A DNA stretch of 23,156 bases, taken from positions 186,001 through 209,156 of the forward strand of contig QPGO01000143.1 in the NCBI GenBank assembly GCA_008632985.1. The letters run 5' to 3'. The stretch is from Psammoneis japonica (lineage: Eukaryota). The notes under the pieces are model-generated. The model saw only the letters and a list, made by a program, of their open reading frames with translations. It was not told the DNA's origin and did not search any database. Position numbers and translations under genes: made by a program. This document shows, piece by piece, positions 21,574-23,156 of the stretch; the stretch's first letter is position 1, and every line of letters begins with the position of its first letter.

Positions 21574-22244
21574 ATGAAGTCTTCCAATATCGTTGCATGC
21601 CTTACACTCTTACTGAGTGCCTCTGGTACCTGTTCTCAACAGCTCCGAGGCGCTGACGAACCACAAGAGCATCGTGAGCTTCAACAGTGCAAACCAGTCT
21701 CCACACAAGCCAACTTTGATATGAAATTGTACGCTTCCAAGACTTGGTATGTCCATCAGCAAGCTGTGACTCGTTATTTACCAGAGGATCGCAACTATTG
21801 CGTTACAGCCGACTATACGGTCTTGAATAGGGCAACGTTTCCGTGGGGTTACACGGTGGAGGTGAACAACCGAGCTACGGATAGCACGGGGCAAAACTCA
21901 ATTGGTGGTACATTGGGAGCCAGGCAAGACGGAAGTGGCGATCCCGCCAAATTGCAAGTGAGTCCACGATGGCTTCCCAGTTTCTTTGCGGGACCGTATT
22001 GGGTCTTGTTGCACAATGAGGAGGAAGGCTACGCTTTGGTGAGTGGGGGTCAACCAAACATTCCCACCACAAATGGACTCTGCCAGACGAGAGCTGACAC
22101 CAACAACGGATCGGGTCTTTGGATCTTTCTACGAGATTTCAAAAGGAACAACGACCTTATTAAAAGGTTCAACAAATGGCCACGGACATGGGAATCGATA
22201 TCAGCGTGCTCAATGACGTAGACCAAACGATCTGTGGTTGGTAG
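21574..22244 (+). CDS. Secreted lipocalin (ApoD/Blc-like); apparent 1-bp deletion in the A-run at 22162-22165
   Basis: Signal peptide, then FDMKLYASKTWY, NYCVTADY, GPYWVL, YALVSGG and GLWIFLR. Adding one A restores KKVQQMATDMGIDISVLNDVDQTICGW*. Confidence 0.82.
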
Positions 22245-22333
22245 GTCGAAAGAAGATTCTTGTACAGAACTTAGAACAAATTTATTCATACATAACAAAT
22301 GCTTATCCCCACTTCCATCCCTCCTTCGTTCAT

Positions 22334-23068
22334 TCAGTATCTCCTGTAACGTCCGGAGTATCGCTTCTTTGACCAGTTCGAGTACCCGCTCTTCTTGTTG
22401 CTGTATCTCTTCCTTTTGTGACTGGCCTTTCCGGGAGGTGCCAACCTGAGCTCTCGTATCACTTCTTTGGGGCAGCAAGCTTCGTGAAAATAGCTGGCCC
22501 ACCAGGCAACCTTATCAGGCTTGTAAACTTGAATCCCAATGCGAGTCTCGCCAATGCTGATTTTGTTTCGGCACTGACGACACGTGGCGGCACCGTTTGG
22601 AGAAGATTCCTTCTTGTCATATGGCCGGGGACAACTCTTGCTGGCGTGGCTCGCAGATGCCTTGGCTGCTGTCAAAACTTGCACGGCAACAGGGATCTCC
22701 TCTTTTGGCTTTTTGCAGTCTGGCTCCTCTTTGGGTTCTTCCACCGCTGCTGCTGTTGCTTTCTCGACGGGTGCATAAAAGTATTCATAAAGCTCGTCGT
22801 CTCCTGGCAACTCCTCTTCCTTCTCGACATCGTCGTCATCTGTTGGTGAGACTAGCGTCCAAAGTAGGCTCTGTTTTACTTCTACGTTGTGTTGCCTTCG
22901 CAACGGCACAACGATATCCTGATACAAGTCACAAAGACTCGACACCGAAAGGGGCTTGTCCTGTCCAAATACGGCCATGTTGCTGCATTTCTTTCCATCT
23001 ACCTTGTACAAGTGTCGGCGTCGAATGGTTGTATGAATCAGATCACACGTCGAGAGAAGGTCCTTCAT
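22334..23068 (-). CDS. Protein with a single PARP-type zinc finger and a basic C-terminal tail, 244 aa
   Basis: SPNGAATCRQCRNKISIGETRIG...SYFHEAC fits the zf-PARP CxxC...HxxC pattern. An upstream exon cannot be excluded. Confidence 0.72.
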   Translation of the reverse strand: MKDLLSTCDLIHTTIRRRHLYKVDGKKCSNMAVFGQDKPLSVSSLCDLYQDIVVPLRRQHNVEVKQSLLWTLVSPTDDDDVEKEEELPGDDELYEYFYAPVEKATAAAVEEPKEEPDCKKPKEEIPVAVQVLTAAKASASHASKSCPRPYDKKESSPNGAATCRQCRNKISIGETRIGIQVYKPDKVAWWASYFHEACCPKEVIRELRLAPPGKASHKRKRYSNKKSGYSNWSKKRYSGRYRRY

Positions 23069-23156
23069 GGCCGGTGGGATGGATAGGAGCTTTCGTGCGC
23101 GTGTACAGGCACATATAGAATGTTGACCTCATCCCCGTAACTCTGAAAATGAAATT

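Overview
Eukaryotic gene-dense DNA, most likely from a diatom. This is inferred from short GT-AG introns, a bipartite plastid/thylakoid targeting peptide, an M11 peptidase with Pro/Thr/Ser repeats and a diatom-type LRR protein. Nine host genes are supportable: GT23-like fucosyltransferase, FKBP PPIase, DDI1-like aspartyl protease, ankyrin-like protein, acetyl-CoA synthetase, M11 metallopeptidase, LRR protein, lipocalin and a PARP-type zinc-finger protein. Several carry 1-bp deletions that look like assembly errors. The most striking signal is three sharply bounded blocks (1-984, 2897-5722, 13489-16631; about 7 kb) almost free of TpA (hand count 0, 6 and 8), depleted in CpG and rich in TG/CA. 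The few surviving TAs are nearly all in a YTAR context. A ~650-bp local duplication (7871-8521 vs 10395-11053) appears to show the same process part-way: one copy has TG/CA where the other has TA (7 sites) or CG (7 sites). Together this suggests a locus-targeted hypermutation process that removes TpA, the opposite of fungal RIP. All counts are by eye and no database searches were run.
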